A DNA stretch of 31,934 bases from an uncultured archaeon (lineage in GTDB: Archaea; Altiarchaeota; Altiarchaeia; JAFGQM01): NCBI GenBank assembly GCA_964619365.1, contig CAZUDQ010000009.1:1-31934 (forward strand). The letters run 5' to 3'. The notes under the pieces were generated by a model. It did no database searches. It saw only the letters and a program-made list of their open reading frames with translations, and was not told the DNA's origin. Positions 9,512 to 18,936 of this stretch are shown in pieces. Made by a program: the position numbers and the translations under genes. Position 1 is the first letter of the stretch; the number at the start of each line of letters is the position of its first letter.

Positions 9512-9778
9512 ATGGATATGGCATTTACAACTATGAGCACCAAGGGGCAAATCGTGATTCCCCATGAGATGAGAAAAGATTTATTTCCTGGAGAAAAAAT
9601 ACTTCTTCTAAAGGAAGGAAAGAATTTTGTATTTAAGCCCGCAAAGGAATTATCAGAAAGTCTAAGGGATGATATCGCTTTTGCAACTAGGGTTGAAGAA
9701 GCGTTCTTACGACGTGAAAAGGGTAAAGTCATCAGACAGAGCGGAGAAGAGTTCCTTGAAGAGATTAAAGGATGGTAG
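9512..9778 (+). CDS. AbrB/MazE/SpoVT-family antitoxin
   Basis: 'TTMSTKGQIVIPHEMRK..GEKILL' swapped-hairpin motif and acidic C-terminus; overlaps the toxin start. Confidence 0.85.
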   Translation: MDMAFTTMSTKGQIVIPHEMRKDLFPGEKILLLKEGKNFVFKPAKELSESLRDDIAFATRVEEAFLRREKGKVIRQSGEEFLEEIKGW

Positions 9779-10020
9779 AGGTTACTTACGAACCTAAGTT
9801 CAAAGAGCAGGTTTCCAAGTTAAGGGATCATGCGACAAAGGATAAGGTAAAAAAACAACTAGTTAAAATAATAGCTAATCCGGAAATCGGAAAACCTATG
9901 AGATACGGAAGAAAAGGCACAAGAGAACTAAGAGTCGCCCCATTCAGGCTTTGTTATGTGTGGAATGCTAAAGAAAATATAATAGATATAATCGAACTTT
10001 ACCACAAAGATAAACAGTAA
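9772..10020 (+). CDS. RelE/ParE-family toxin
   Basis: 82 aa, basic; 'IIANPEIGKPMR..GTRELRVAPFRLCY..IIELYHKD'. Confidence 0.85.
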   Translation: MVEVTYEPKFKEQVSKLRDHATKDKVKKQLVKIIANPEIGKPMRYGRKGTRELRVAPFRLCYVWNAKENIIDIIELYHKDKQ

Positions 10021-10021
10021 T

Positions 10022-10792
10022 ATGATAGAATACATAATTCTTGGAATCATTCAGGGTGTGCTTGAATGGCTGCCTGTCAGTTCCCAGGGGATGAACACTC
10101 TTGCCGCAACGGCGATGGGAATGGATGTTGCTTACGCCGCATCAATTGCAATCTGGCTTCATATCGGGACGCTATGCTCGGCTGCAGTCTATTTCAGACG
10201 AGAACTTGTCGGCATATTCACAGAAAAAGAAAGAAAACTTCTTCAGATACTTATTGTTGCAACAGTTTTAACAGGCCTTATCGGGGGACCACTTTACCTA
10301 CTTTTTTCAGACATCTTTTTGGCGGCAGCCGGCGAACTCATAATAGCATTCATCGGCGTCATGTTAATTGTTAGCGGTCTTTTGCAGCGAAAGGCAAAGC
10401 CTGCCCATAGGGACGAAAAGGATATAAAACTAAAGGACATGGTGATAACGGGTATTGTTCAGGGATTTGCTGCGCTTCCGGGGATAAGCCGCTCGGGAAC
10501 AACAACTTCATCCCTCTTATTCCTTAAATTTGACTCAAAATCGGCCCTTAGAATCTCATTTATGATGAGCATCTTTGCGATTCTTGCGGCTGAAATCGGA
10601 CTCGGGATTGTCAAGGGTGATGAATTTGTAACTGATGCCAATGCACTTATCGGGGCGCTTTTTGCATTTATCTTCGGGCTCCTTACAATCGGGATTCTTA
10701 TGAGGGTTGCAGAACGGGTTAAATTCTGGAAGTTCTTAATAATTATGGGAGTTTTATGTCTTTTCTCCCTTCTTTTCTTAGGGCTCTTTTAG
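10022..10792 (+). CDS. uppP: Undecaprenyl(polyprenyl)-diphosphate phosphatase, BacA/UppP family
   Basis: 'GIIQGVLEWLPVSS', 'LHIGT', 'QGFAALPGISRSGTT'; multi-TM. Confidence 0.9.
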   Translation: MIEYIILGIIQGVLEWLPVSSQGMNTLAATAMGMDVAYAASIAIWLHIGTLCSAAVYFRRELVGIFTEKERKLLQILIVATVLTGLIGGPLYLLFSDIFLAAAGELIIAFIGVMLIVSGLLQRKAKPAHRDEKDIKLKDMVITGIVQGFAALPGISRSGTTTSSLLFLKFDSKSALRISFMMSIFAILAAEIGLGIVKGDEFVTDANALIGALFAFIFGLLTIGILMRVAERVKFWKFLIIMGVLCLFSLLFLGLF

Positions 10793-11206
10793 CGATTTAC
10801 CGGCTTTATTCTCTGCTTTTATTTCCTCTTTTATCTCTTTTAAGTCTTCGTCAACCACCTCTTCTGTCGACTCCCCCTCATCTGAAAAAAGCCGTTCTAT
10901 GCTGACACCACACAACGCCCCGACTATAATCGCAATTATCTGTATTATTATTCCAATGCCAAGAAGTGTGACTACTCCAAAGGCAATAAGTGCGCCGATT
11001 ATTCCTGCGGTTCCTGTCTTAAACCAAGCTCGGGAACTATCAACAGGGGGCTCCTTTGAGTCTGTTGCATCGTCAAGAATAAATGCACCGCGGTATCCGC
11101 AGTCCTTGCATAAATAGCGCTCATCTGTCGAGCCAACAGCCATGGCCCCAGTCATATGTTCGTGGATAAGCCGTTTACTTCCGCATTCAGGGCATCTAAG
11201 AGTCAT
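10778..11206 (-). CDS. Zn-ribbon + 2-TM membrane protein, unknown function
   Basis: CPECGS...CKDCGY, two hydrophobic segments, acidic tail. Its ATG abuts the argS TGA. Confidence 0.7.
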   Translation of the reverse strand: MTLRCPECGSKRLIHEHMTGAMAVGSTDERYLCKDCGYRGAFILDDATDSKEPPVDSSRAWFKTGTAGIIGALIAFGVVTLLGIGIIIQIIAIIVGALCGVSIERLFSDEGESTEEVVDEDLKEIKEEIKAENKAGKSLKEP

Positions 11207-12910
11207 TCACATACGCTCTAAGGCCTCAATGCCTAGTGTTTCAAGACCGCTTGCAATTATCGTCTTGAAGGTAAAGACTATTGCAAGGCGCAGGTTTTTA
11301 GTCTCTTCTTCTGCATCAAGAACCGGGCACTTGAAATAGAAACGGTTGAAACGTTCTGCAAGAGCAATAAGGTAGTTTGCGACCAAATTCGGTTTAAGGG
11401 CTGATGCCGACTCTTCGATTACTTCGCCAAATCTAATGAACCATAAAAGAAGCTCACGTTCTTCATCCTTAAGAGAAGGAACTTTGGAAAAGTCGATGCC
11501 TGCTGGAGGGCTTGTTACTCCGGCTCTTTCAAGTATACGACACGCCCTTGCGTGTGAGTATTGCATGTATGGCGCACTTTCACCGTCAAATGTGAGCGCA
11601 TCTTCCCACCTAAACTCAATTGGTTTAAGGGGGGTGATTTTGACCATATTAAAGCGTATTGCACCAGTTGCAACCGCTTTTGCGATTTTTTCTGTTTCCT
11701 CTTTTGGGATATCCATATTGCGCTTAGAAATCTCTTTTTTCGCTCGGGAAATCCCTTCGGCTAAAAGCTCGTCTGCTGAGATGAATTCACCTGTTCTTGA
11801 GCTCATTTTCATGCCAGGAACACTCACAAGTTCATAGGATAAATGTCTGACCCTTTTGTCCATATCCTTTTCTCCCAAGATCTTTAAGGCTGCACGCATC
11901 TGCTCTTGCTGGAGGGTCTGTTCGTTTGCAATCACATTTATGCAATCACGGCCCTGTTTTAGTTTCCATTCATGATAGGCAACATCACGCGTGGTGTAAA
12001 GTGTTGTCCCGTCGCTCCTAAGGAGGACTAGCTCCTTTTTGATGCCAAATTCTTCGAGGTCAAGGGCGCATACACCCTCTTTTTCAAACCAATACTTTGT
12101 CTCTTTTAGCCTTTTTATTATCTCATCGACTGCGCCTGAAAAGACAAAGTCGCTTTCGCGAACCCATGAATCTATTGCGATGTTATACTCAGAAAAGGTC
12201 TCTGTGACGCCTTTTTTGGAGGTTTTTACCATGAAATCAAAAATTGCACGTATGTCTTTGTCGCCGGCTTCATATCTCTTTTGGAGGGATGCCGCTTCAT
12301 CTGCGTCAACATTCTTGTTTGCGGCAATGTACTGCTCACCGAGCCACGCGTCGGGCTTTTTGCCTGATTTTTCTGTTTGTGATTCTGAGTAGTTCTCGTA
12401 TATGTCTTTTAGCTGGCAGGCAAGTATTGCAAGCTGACCTCCCATGTCGTTTATAAGGAACTGCGCCTCGGTATCATACCCTGCAAAACGCAATATGCGA
12501 ACCATGGAGTCCCCGATTATCGAGTTTCTTATGTGGCCTACGTGAAGCGGAGCGTTTGGATTTGCGCTCGTATGCTCAAGAAGTATCTTTTCTTTTGATT
12601 TTCCCCTGCCAAAATCTGTTGGTGAAGCGCTAAACTCTTTCCACACCGGACCAAATATCTTTTTGGCGTCAAGAGTTATATTAAGAAAGCCGCCGTTTGC
12701 TTCTGCCTTCTCGATTGTGCCGCCCTGCACTTTTGATGCTAAATCCTCTGCATACTCCTGTGGGTTTTTGCCTTCTTTTTTTGCTGTGGCAAAACAGGGA
12801 AATGAAAAATCCCCCTTTATTTCAGGGGGTACGTCTTTTATCATCGTGGCAGGAACGTCTCCTGTAAAAGAAGAGATTTCGGCTGCTATGATGTCTTTTA
12901 ATGCCTGCAT
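11207..12910 (-). CDS. argS: Arginine--tRNA ligase
   Basis: 'EHTSANPNAPLHVGHIRN' (HIGH), 'KMSSRTG', 'YMQYSHAR', C-terminal 'LGIEALERM'. True start MQALKD at 12910. Confidence 0.96.
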   Translation of the reverse strand: MQALKDIIAAEISSFTGDVPATMIKDVPPEIKGDFSFPCFATAKKEGKNPQEYAEDLASKVQGGTIEKAEANGGFLNITLDAKKIFGPVWKEFSASPTDFGRGKSKEKILLEHTSANPNAPLHVGHIRNSIIGDSMVRILRFAGYDTEAQFLINDMGGQLAILACQLKDIYENYSESQTEKSGKKPDAWLGEQYIAANKNVDADEAASLQKRYEAGDKDIRAIFDFMVKTSKKGVTETFSEYNIAIDSWVRESDFVFSGAVDEIIKRLKETKYWFEKEGVCALDLEEFGIKKELVLLRSDGTTLYTTRDVAYHEWKLKQGRDCINVIANEQTLQQEQMRAALKILGEKDMDKRVRHLSYELVSVPGMKMSSRTGEFISADELLAEGISRAKKEISKRNMDIPKEETEKIAKAVATGAIRFNMVKITPLKPIEFRWEDALTFDGESAPYMQYSHARACRILERAGVTSPPAGIDFSKVPSLKDEERELLLWFIRFGEVIEESASALKPNLVANYLIALAERFNRFYFKCPVLDAEEETKNLRLAIVFTFKTIIASGLETLGIEALERM

Positions 12911-12972
12911 TTTAGTCTTAAACTTAAAACTGCTATTTTTGACTTCCCAAGTTATAAAATACGGGGCAAGAC

Positions 12973-13830
12973 ATGGAAGAAGATTTCGAAGACTACTCTG
13001 AGGGTGATTTTGAAGATGAGGATGATGGGGATAGCCCTGTTTTTGACAAAAGATTTTCACTTGAGAAAAAAACCAGGCGAGCAGAAACTGTAAAAAAGGA
13101 ACTCTCTGCACAAAAGACTGAAGGTGGAGTATTTTCAAAAGCAACACTTGACGCTGTTGGCAAGCTAGGAAGCGAAGGTGCGATAGACCGAATTATCTGC
13201 CCAATTGCTACTGGAAAGGAAGCTGATGTGTTCCGCGGTGAATGTGGTGGAGAGGATATTGCAATAAAAATCTACAGGATGGCATCGGCCAGCTACTTTA
13301 AGAATCCTACAGTCCTTAGTTACATAATAGGGGACGAACGATTTAAGAAGGTCAAAAAGACTCCAAGCGCGCTTCTTGGCTGCTGGACAAGAAAGGAGTT
13401 CTCAAACTTAAAGAAAGCTGCAACGATAAAAGGCGTACTTTCGCCTGAAGCAATTTCCTTTGAAAAAAATGTCATTGTGATGGAATTTGTCGGGAAAGAT
13501 ACCGTAGCCTGCCCCAAACTAAAGCATGTAGAGTTAGATGACCCGCACTCAATGTTTGAAACAGTAATTGAAGAACTATCTGCTATGTGGAAGGCGGGTT
13601 TTGTTCACGCTGACCTTTCAGAATACAACATTCTTGTAAAAGACGGGGCACCATGGTTAATAGACTTTGGACAAGGAGTTCTAAAAAGCCATCCGATGGC
13701 AGAATCATTTCTAGAGCGAGACATTAGAAACGTTTGTGCGTTCTTTAAGAGAAAGGGAGTTTCCTGCGACGCAGAAGAAGAAATAAAACGTATCACTTTC
13801 GAACAAAAAACAAGAACTAGTGAGGAGTAA
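12973..13830 (+). CDS. rio1: RIO1-family atypical Ser/Thr kinase
   Basis: 'IATGKEADVF', 'AIKIYR', 'VHADLSEYNIL', 'IDFGQGV', 'FLERDIRN'. Confidence 0.94.
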   Translation: MEEDFEDYSEGDFEDEDDGDSPVFDKRFSLEKKTRRAETVKKELSAQKTEGGVFSKATLDAVGKLGSEGAIDRIICPIATGKEADVFRGECGGEDIAIKIYRMASASYFKNPTVLSYIIGDERFKKVKKTPSALLGCWTRKEFSNLKKAATIKGVLSPEAISFEKNVIVMEFVGKDTVACPKLKHVELDDPHSMFETVIEELSAMWKAGFVHADLSEYNILVKDGAPWLIDFGQGVLKSHPMAESFLERDIRNVCAFFKRKGVSCDAEEEIKRITFEQKTRTSEE

Positions 13831-13831
13831 A

Positions 13832-14359
13832 ATGGGAGAATTCATAAAGATACCAGAAGACCGGGTCGGAGCACTCATAGGCAAGGGAGGAAAGACTAAG
13901 GCCATGATTGGTGACCGATGCAAGGTCAAGCTTGATGTAACAAAAGACGGTGGCGTGACAATAGAATCACCTGATGAAGATGGACTTGCCGAGTGGCAAG
14001 CAAGTTCTATTGTAAAGGCCATTGGACGAGGGTTTAACCCAAAAATCGCAATAACACTTCTAAAGGAAGGGCTGGTTCTTGATATAATAGATCTTTATTC
14101 CATACTGGGGCGAAAAGATGCGGCACTCCTTCGCATGAAGTCGAGAATAATTGGGGAAGGCGGCAAAGCACGAAGAGTAATTGAGGGACTTACTTCAACA
14201 AGAATTTCAGTATACGGAAAAACAGTATCAATCATAGGGCTTGAAGAAGATGTCGAGACTACTAGAAAGGGTATAAACATGATATTATCCGGCGCACAAC
14301 ACCAAAGCGTGTATAAGTTCCTTGAAGGAAATTCCCGAGAAAGAAGACAGGGCTTGTGA
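13832..14359 (+). CDS. KH-domain rRNA-processing protein (Dim2/Pno1/Krr1-like)
   Basis: 'RVGALIGKGG', 'KAIGRGF', 'RIIGEGGKAR', 'SVYGKTVSIIG'; conserved rio1-KH gene order; GAGGAG before ATG 13832. Confidence 0.92.
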   Translation: MGEFIKIPEDRVGALIGKGGKTKAMIGDRCKVKLDVTKDGGVTIESPDEDGLAEWQASSIVKAIGRGFNPKIAITLLKEGLVLDIIDLYSILGRKDAALLRMKSRIIGEGGKARRVIEGLTSTRISVYGKTVSIIGLEEDVETTRKGINMILSGAQHQSVYKFLEGNSRERRQGL

Positions 14360-14362
14360 ATA

Positions 14363-14402
14363 AGAAAAAATAAAAAAAGAAAGGAAGGCTTAAGCCTTCC
14401 TT
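14363..14402 (-). terminator. Hairpin + U-tract terminator of the 14390..14920 gene
   Basis: Perfect 22-bp palindrome aaggaaggcttaagccttcctt (14381-14402) over the stop codon, followed on the - strand by T runs. Confidence 0.7.
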
Positions 14403-14920
14403 GCTGACTTATAAACTACTTTTAGACCGACGATAAGTGCTGCTGGTGCAACAAAATAACTGACCATCTGCATTAGACCGCCAAGGAATGCTGCTACAAC
14501 ATTTATTGATACTTCCAAAACGCCAAGACCGCTTGCCGCAGTTGCCATTGTACTCCAGCTAATGCCCGCTGAGGTCATTGCAGCTCCTGCCACACATATT
14601 GCAATCGCGCCTATAAGGAAGGTTGTTGCTTCGTCTGTCTGTATATTCACTAGGCCTACAATAAGACCTATTATCACAAGAACTGCAGTTAAAAGTCCAG
14701 CTGTACTCGCATCCATTGCGCCTGCTGAACCCGTTGCTGCAATTCCAGCCCAAAGACCTGCAATTATTGCAATTACAAAGCCGATGACAAATAGCCATCC
14801 GCCAATTGCTTTTCCGGTCTCGGACTTAGTCGCCTTGTCAATCACTCCAGCTCCTTTCATGTAGATTCCCTCTACATGCTCTTCGCTAGGAAGGATTGTT
14901 TTTTTACTAGCTTTCACCAT
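14390..14920 (-). CDS. Uncharacterised ~4-TM membrane protein
   Basis: 'GWLFVIGFVIAIIAG', 'IIGLIVGLVNI...EATTFL', 'FVAPAALIVGLK'. From recall it resembles small hydrophobic DPANN proteins; not verified by search. Confidence 0.75.
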   Translation of the reverse strand: MVKASKKTILPSEEHVEGIYMKGAGVIDKATKSETGKAIGGWLFVIGFVIAIIAGLWAGIAATGSAGAMDASTAGLLTAVLVIIGLIVGLVNIQTDEATTFLIGAIAICVAGAAMTSAGISWSTMATAASGLGVLEVSINVVAAFLGGLMQMVSYFVAPAALIVGLKVVYKSARKA

Positions 14921-15088
14921 TTTGGTTGGTTTTTAAGTTTAGCCTAAAATACGGCTGTTGGGTATTCTAATTATACTATAGAGTAATAAAAATGTAGAAT
15001 AAGCTTGCCTGAAGGCATTTTAAGCTTTTATTTGGGGAAACGTAAAGAGTAAAGGTTCCAAACTAGGAATCTTTTAAACCAACCAAAA

Positions 15089-15763
15089 ATGAGCCTTCAA
15101 TTCGGAGCTTTGGTCTCGTGCCTCTTTAAGCCAAAAGAGACTTTCGAGAAAATTAAGGCTGAAACAACAATGAAGGATGGTTTGATGATAGCAGCTATTC
15201 TTGTTATCCTCTCAACCATTATAACGACTGCAGTTACTATGGCATCGCCTGCGGGCATGTACGTAAATATAGTTGCAGTTGTTGTAAGTTCTATTGTCAA
15301 TATAGTTCTTGCGTTGTTGTTCTCAGTTATAGTGATCGGATGGCTTGCATCAAAGATTGCAACCGCCATTGGTAACGGAAGCGCAGATCCAGATACGACC
15401 ATGGGTTTTATGGGCTATGCCTATATTTTAGCCTTCATCTCATCTGTGCTTATGACCTTGCTTATATTTGCAGGAATCTCAGGTGCAAGTAGTGTGGCAG
15501 GAGCCGTACAGGGTGCAATGAGTGCTGGCATAATAGCAATTGTTCTTGGAGTAGTGTTTTTCTTCTGGAGCCTTTGGGTCGGCGGTCAAGCCGTTGCAAC
15601 TGCAAATAACACCTCACTTGGCGCAGGAATCGCGGGATATTTCCTAGCATATATTGCGTTTGCGATAATCATGGCGATTATTGCGATAATCCTTGTGCTT
15701 GTGTTTGCTGCAATCGGACTAACTTTTGCAGGTCTGAGTAGTGGCATACCAACAATGTTCTAA
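15089..15763 (+). CDS. Yip1-domain membrane protein
   Basis: 'LFKPKETFEKIK' N-terminal Yip1 signature, ~5 TM, 'GFMGYAY', 'WSLWV'. Confidence 0.75.
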   Translation: MSLQFGALVSCLFKPKETFEKIKAETTMKDGLMIAAILVILSTIITTAVTMASPAGMYVNIVAVVVSSIVNIVLALLFSVIVIGWLASKIATAIGNGSADPDTTMGFMGYAYILAFISSVLMTLLIFAGISGASSVAGAVQGAMSAGIIAIVLGVVFFFWSLWVGGQAVATANNTSLGAGIAGYFLAYIAFAIIMAIIAIILVLVFAAIGLTFAGLSSGIPTMF

Positions 15764-15785
15764 GGGAAACCTTAGAACTTTTTTT
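15757..15785 (+). terminator. Hairpin (GAAA tetraloop) + T7 terminator
   Basis: gttctaagg-GAAA-ccttagaac followed by ttttttt. Confidence 0.8.
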
Positions 15786-15844
15786 CTTTTTATTATTTTC
15801 GAATTTTTATTTCTTCTTGACTAATACTCCTAAGTAATTTTAAA

Positions 15845-16495
15845 ATGGATATTGATTTCGGTTCGACTTTTGGAGTCATCACAGACACCAAAGCGACATT
15901 AGATAAACTTAAAGACAAAGCAAGCCTAGGCCAGGGCGTAGTGCTTGTAGTGATTGCAACTATTGTCATGATGGCTGTTTTGGCAGTTATAATGGGTGCT
16001 GTGTTTTCAAGTATTGCAAACATGCCTGGTGTAAACATGCCTTCTAATGCAGGGACAATGATGATGTTTAGTTCGCTTCCGATACTTGCAGCGCAGATAA
16101 TACTAGGAATTGTTTTATTCATAGTAAACAGTTGGATTATTGCAAACCTTACTAAATCCATATCCAGTGGTGCAGGTGATTTTGAGAGGACTGCTGGGCT
16201 TTTGGCTTATGTGAGCTTTAGCTTTAGCATGTACCTGATACTTCCGATATTTATTATAGTCGGCCTGCTTGCAATCTTTGTTTCGCCGATTGCCATGATG
16301 GCTATGCTAGTAGTTATTGGAATAGCACTCTGGGAGCTAATATGCGAAGTAAGGGCAATACAGGCAGCAAATAAGGTAAATGGCTGGAGCGCTTTTGCAG
16401 CGCTAGTAATCTCGACGATAATTGTCGGAGTCATATCTATGCTAGTTAGCATGGCAATTATGGGTCCGGCTATGATGAGCGCTTACGGCGTTTAG
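15845..16495 (+). CDS. Yip1-domain membrane protein (second paralog)
   Basis: 'VITDTKATLDKLK', 'GAGDFERTAGLLAY', 'AIQAANKVNGWSAF'; ~5 TM. Confidence 0.7.
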   Translation: MDIDFGSTFGVITDTKATLDKLKDKASLGQGVVLVVIATIVMMAVLAVIMGAVFSSIANMPGVNMPSNAGTMMMFSSLPILAAQIILGIVLFIVNSWIIANLTKSISSGAGDFERTAGLLAYVSFSFSMYLILPIFIIVGLLAIFVSPIAMMAMLVVIGIALWELICEVRAIQAANKVNGWSAFAALVISTIIVGVISMLVSMAIMGPAMMSAYGV

Positions 16496-16496
16496 A

Positions 16497-17096
16497 TTAT
16501 TTTTTTGAGAGCTTGAGAAAGTTCTCAAGGATTTTTAGGCCCGCAGCTCCGCTTCGTTCTGGGTGGAACTGTGTGGCGTATACATTCTTTTTTTCCAGTG
16601 CTGCGCTAAAAGGCATCCCATACTCACAAACTGCTATTGTCTCGGGCATGAGTGGTGCATAATAAGAGTGCACAAAGTAGAAGTCTTCATTTTCTTTTAT
16701 TCCTTCAAAAAGCGGGCTTTTTAACTCAGAAACCGAGTTCCATCCCATGTGAGGGACTTTACCACCTGGGACTTTTTTGACGTCAAACTTCAGGCAATCT
16801 CCCTTAAAGAACCCAAATCCTTTTGCGTCCTTTGCTTCAGTGCTACCCTCTAGAAGTGCCTGAAGTCCCACGCAGACACCTAGGAACGGCGTTCCAGAAT
16901 CAATGGCATCAATTATCCTCTGGCGCTCTGAATCAAGCTTTGATAAGCAGTCCCCAAAGTTTCCAACCCCTGGAAGGATTATTGCCGATGCGTCCTTAGA
17001 CAGACTCTTTTCAATAGAAATATCTGCCCCAATGAGCCTTAATGCATTTGCCATACTCCTTAGGTTTCCTGCCCCATAATCTATGACTGATATCAT
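16497..17096 (-). CDS. hisH: Imidazole glycerol phosphate synthase glutaminase subunit
   Basis: 'IDYGAGNLRS', 'LPGVGNF', 'LGVCVGLQ', 'PHMGWN', 'YFVHSY', 'QFHPERSG'; start ATG 17096. Confidence 0.96.
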   Translation of the reverse strand: MISVIDYGAGNLRSMANALRLIGADISIEKSLSKDASAIILPGVGNFGDCLSKLDSERQRIIDAIDSGTPFLGVCVGLQALLEGSTEAKDAKGFGFFKGDCLKFDVKKVPGGKVPHMGWNSVSELKSPLFEGIKENEDFYFVHSYYAPLMPETIAVCEYGMPFSAALEKKNVYATQFHPERSGAAGLKILENFLKLSKK

Positions 17097-17166
17097 GTTA
17101 TTTCCTATTGCGCTATTTTTTAAGTTCGAATAATTAATATCCCAGTTGTTTTTGGAGAACTTAATT

Positions 17167-18174
17167 ATGGGAACAAAAATCAATCTTAAAGAAGAGTTAA
17201 GGCCTTATGCAAACCTCGCTGAGGACGAGATATCAAAGTACACAAATCGCAAGCCTGAGGAATTATATGCTCCTTTGCGCGACCTTTTTTCCCGTGGTGG
17301 AAAACGCCTGCGCCCCGCTCTTGTAATGCTTTCATGTGAAGCTTGTGGCGGCAAAAAAGAAGATGCCATAACTATTGCCGCATCAATCGAGATGACCCAT
17401 AACTTCACACTCATCCACGATGATATTGCCGATAAAAGTGAGCTTAGGCGCGGCAAGCCTTGTCTTCATCACATCTATGGTCTTGGGACTGCAATAAATT
17501 GTGGGGACGGTCTTTTCTGCATTGCAAACGAAGCGCTCGCAGACGCTGCAAGTAAGGTTCCAAAGGATAAAGCGGACTTGCTTACTAAAAAAACAGTTTA
17601 TGGCGTCACCCAAGTCGCTGAAGGCCAGAGTCTTGACATAGGCTGGGCAGAGCATAAGGTCTGGGACATTACTGAGGAAGATTATTTTACTATGATTAAG
17701 GGTAAGACTGGCGCCCTCATGGCAACAAGCTGTGTTGTGGGAGGAATCATTGCTGGTGCAAGTGAGGACGAACTTGAGGCCCTTGAGAAATTCGGTATGG
17801 GAATCGGTATCGGCTTCCAGATATGGGACGACGTCCTTAACGTCTCAGCAGACCTTGAAAAATATGGCAAGGAAATCGGAGGCGATATCAACGAAGGCAA
17901 GCGCACACTTATGGTAATTGACACTCTTTCAAAATGCACAGCTGAAGAAAAAACCTGGCTCATTGAAGTTCTTGACAAGGTAAAGAACACTCAGGAAGAA
18001 ATCCGTGATGCAATATCGCTTTTAAACAAGTACGATTCGATTGAAATGGCACGAAAGCGCGCAATTTCTGAAATGGAAAAGGGCAAGCACGCAATCGACA
18101 ATATATCCCTGGATTCAAAGGCAAAAGATATTCTGCTTGAAGCGGCTGATTATATGGTCAGACGAGATTTGTGA
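17167..18174 (+). CDS. idsA: Geranylgeranyl diphosphate synthase (archaeal type I)
   Basis: 'GGKRLRP', FARM 'HDDIAD' with Phe at -5 (C20 chain-length determinant), 'RRGKP', 'GQSLD', 'KTGAL', SARM 'FQIWDDVLN', 'DINEGK'. Confidence 0.92.
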   Translation: MGTKINLKEELRPYANLAEDEISKYTNRKPEELYAPLRDLFSRGGKRLRPALVMLSCEACGGKKEDAITIAASIEMTHNFTLIHDDIADKSELRRGKPCLHHIYGLGTAINCGDGLFCIANEALADAASKVPKDKADLLTKKTVYGVTQVAEGQSLDIGWAEHKVWDITEEDYFTMIKGKTGALMATSCVVGGIIAGASEDELEALEKFGMGIGIGFQIWDDVLNVSADLEKYGKEIGGDINEGKRTLMVIDTLSKCTAEEKTWLIEVLDKVKNTQEEIRDAISLLNKYDSIEMARKRAISEMEKGKHAIDNISLDSKAKDILLEAADYMVRRDL

Positions 18175-18198
18175 ATTTATCTAAAAGCTTGGTTTGCA

Positions 18199-18936
18199 TT
18201 AAATTCCTGATGCGTCACAGATACGTTTTCTTGACCATTTAGAGGATATTTTTGGGGCAATATTGTCTATCTCTTTTTGAATTTTTTCTGGAACTTTTAG
18301 ATTTTCTGTTATTGTCATAGCTTCTAAAACCTCTTTTACATTAACACGAGTATCAACACAGCCATCATGTGTTAAAAGAACCCCAGTTATAGCAATGCCC
18401 TTATTTGAAACAGACTCAATCCATTCCCTTAACTCAATTGGGCAAGCAACACCTATAGCGCCCTTTGGTTTGTATTTTTTTATCATGCGTCTTGTGTATG
18501 TGCTCCCGGGCGCGATAAATAATTTTATGCCCAGTTTCTTTGCGAACTTATCAATCTCGCCAATCCCACAACGTCCACATCCAACACATTTAACACCTTC
18601 TGGAGATACTGGTGCCGGGCATTCTGGCGACCTTAGACATTGAGGTAAAAATAATGCACGATCAGAATATGGGACTTTTGAATAGTTTTCTAGTTGCGTT
18701 CTAACTGCCATTAAGGACCAAATCCTGCTATATTCAAGATAATCCTTCTTCTTTGAAAAAATATAGTTAAGGGGGGATTTTAAAAACGTCATCCAAAAAA
18801 GAGTCATGCGAGGCATAAACAACACATTTTTTTTATAAAACAATAGTATCAAAAGAAGACCTAACACAAATAAGAATAGTAAAAAAGCAAGAAGTATCAG
18901 GAATACCTCCAATAGGATAGATATTCCAAATGTCAT
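18199..18936 (-). CDS. DUF116-domain protein (N-terminal TM, Cys-rich)
   Basis: 'LFLPQCLRSPECPA', 'CVGCGRC', 'IAPGST', 'GVAC', 'GCVDTRV'. Confidence 0.85.
   Translation of the reverse strand: MTFGISILLEVFLILLAFLLFLFVLGLLLILLFYKKNVLFMPRMTLFWMTFLKSPLNYIFSKKKDYLEYSRIWSLMAVRTQLENYSKVPYSDRALFLPQCLRSPECPAPVSPEGVKCVGCGRCGIGEIDKFAKKLGIKLFIAPGSTYTRRMIKKYKPKGAIGVACPIELREWIESVSNKGIAITGVLLTHDGCVDTRVNVKEVLEAMTITENLKVPEKIQKEIDNIAPKISSKWSRKRICDASGI

Noticed and set aside
12911-13147. 79-aa N-terminal extension of ArgRS in the ORF track
   Set aside because: It overlaps rio1 on the opposite strand; the true start is at 12910. The same logic was applied to the hisH, idsA, tfb, aroE and DUF116 extensions.
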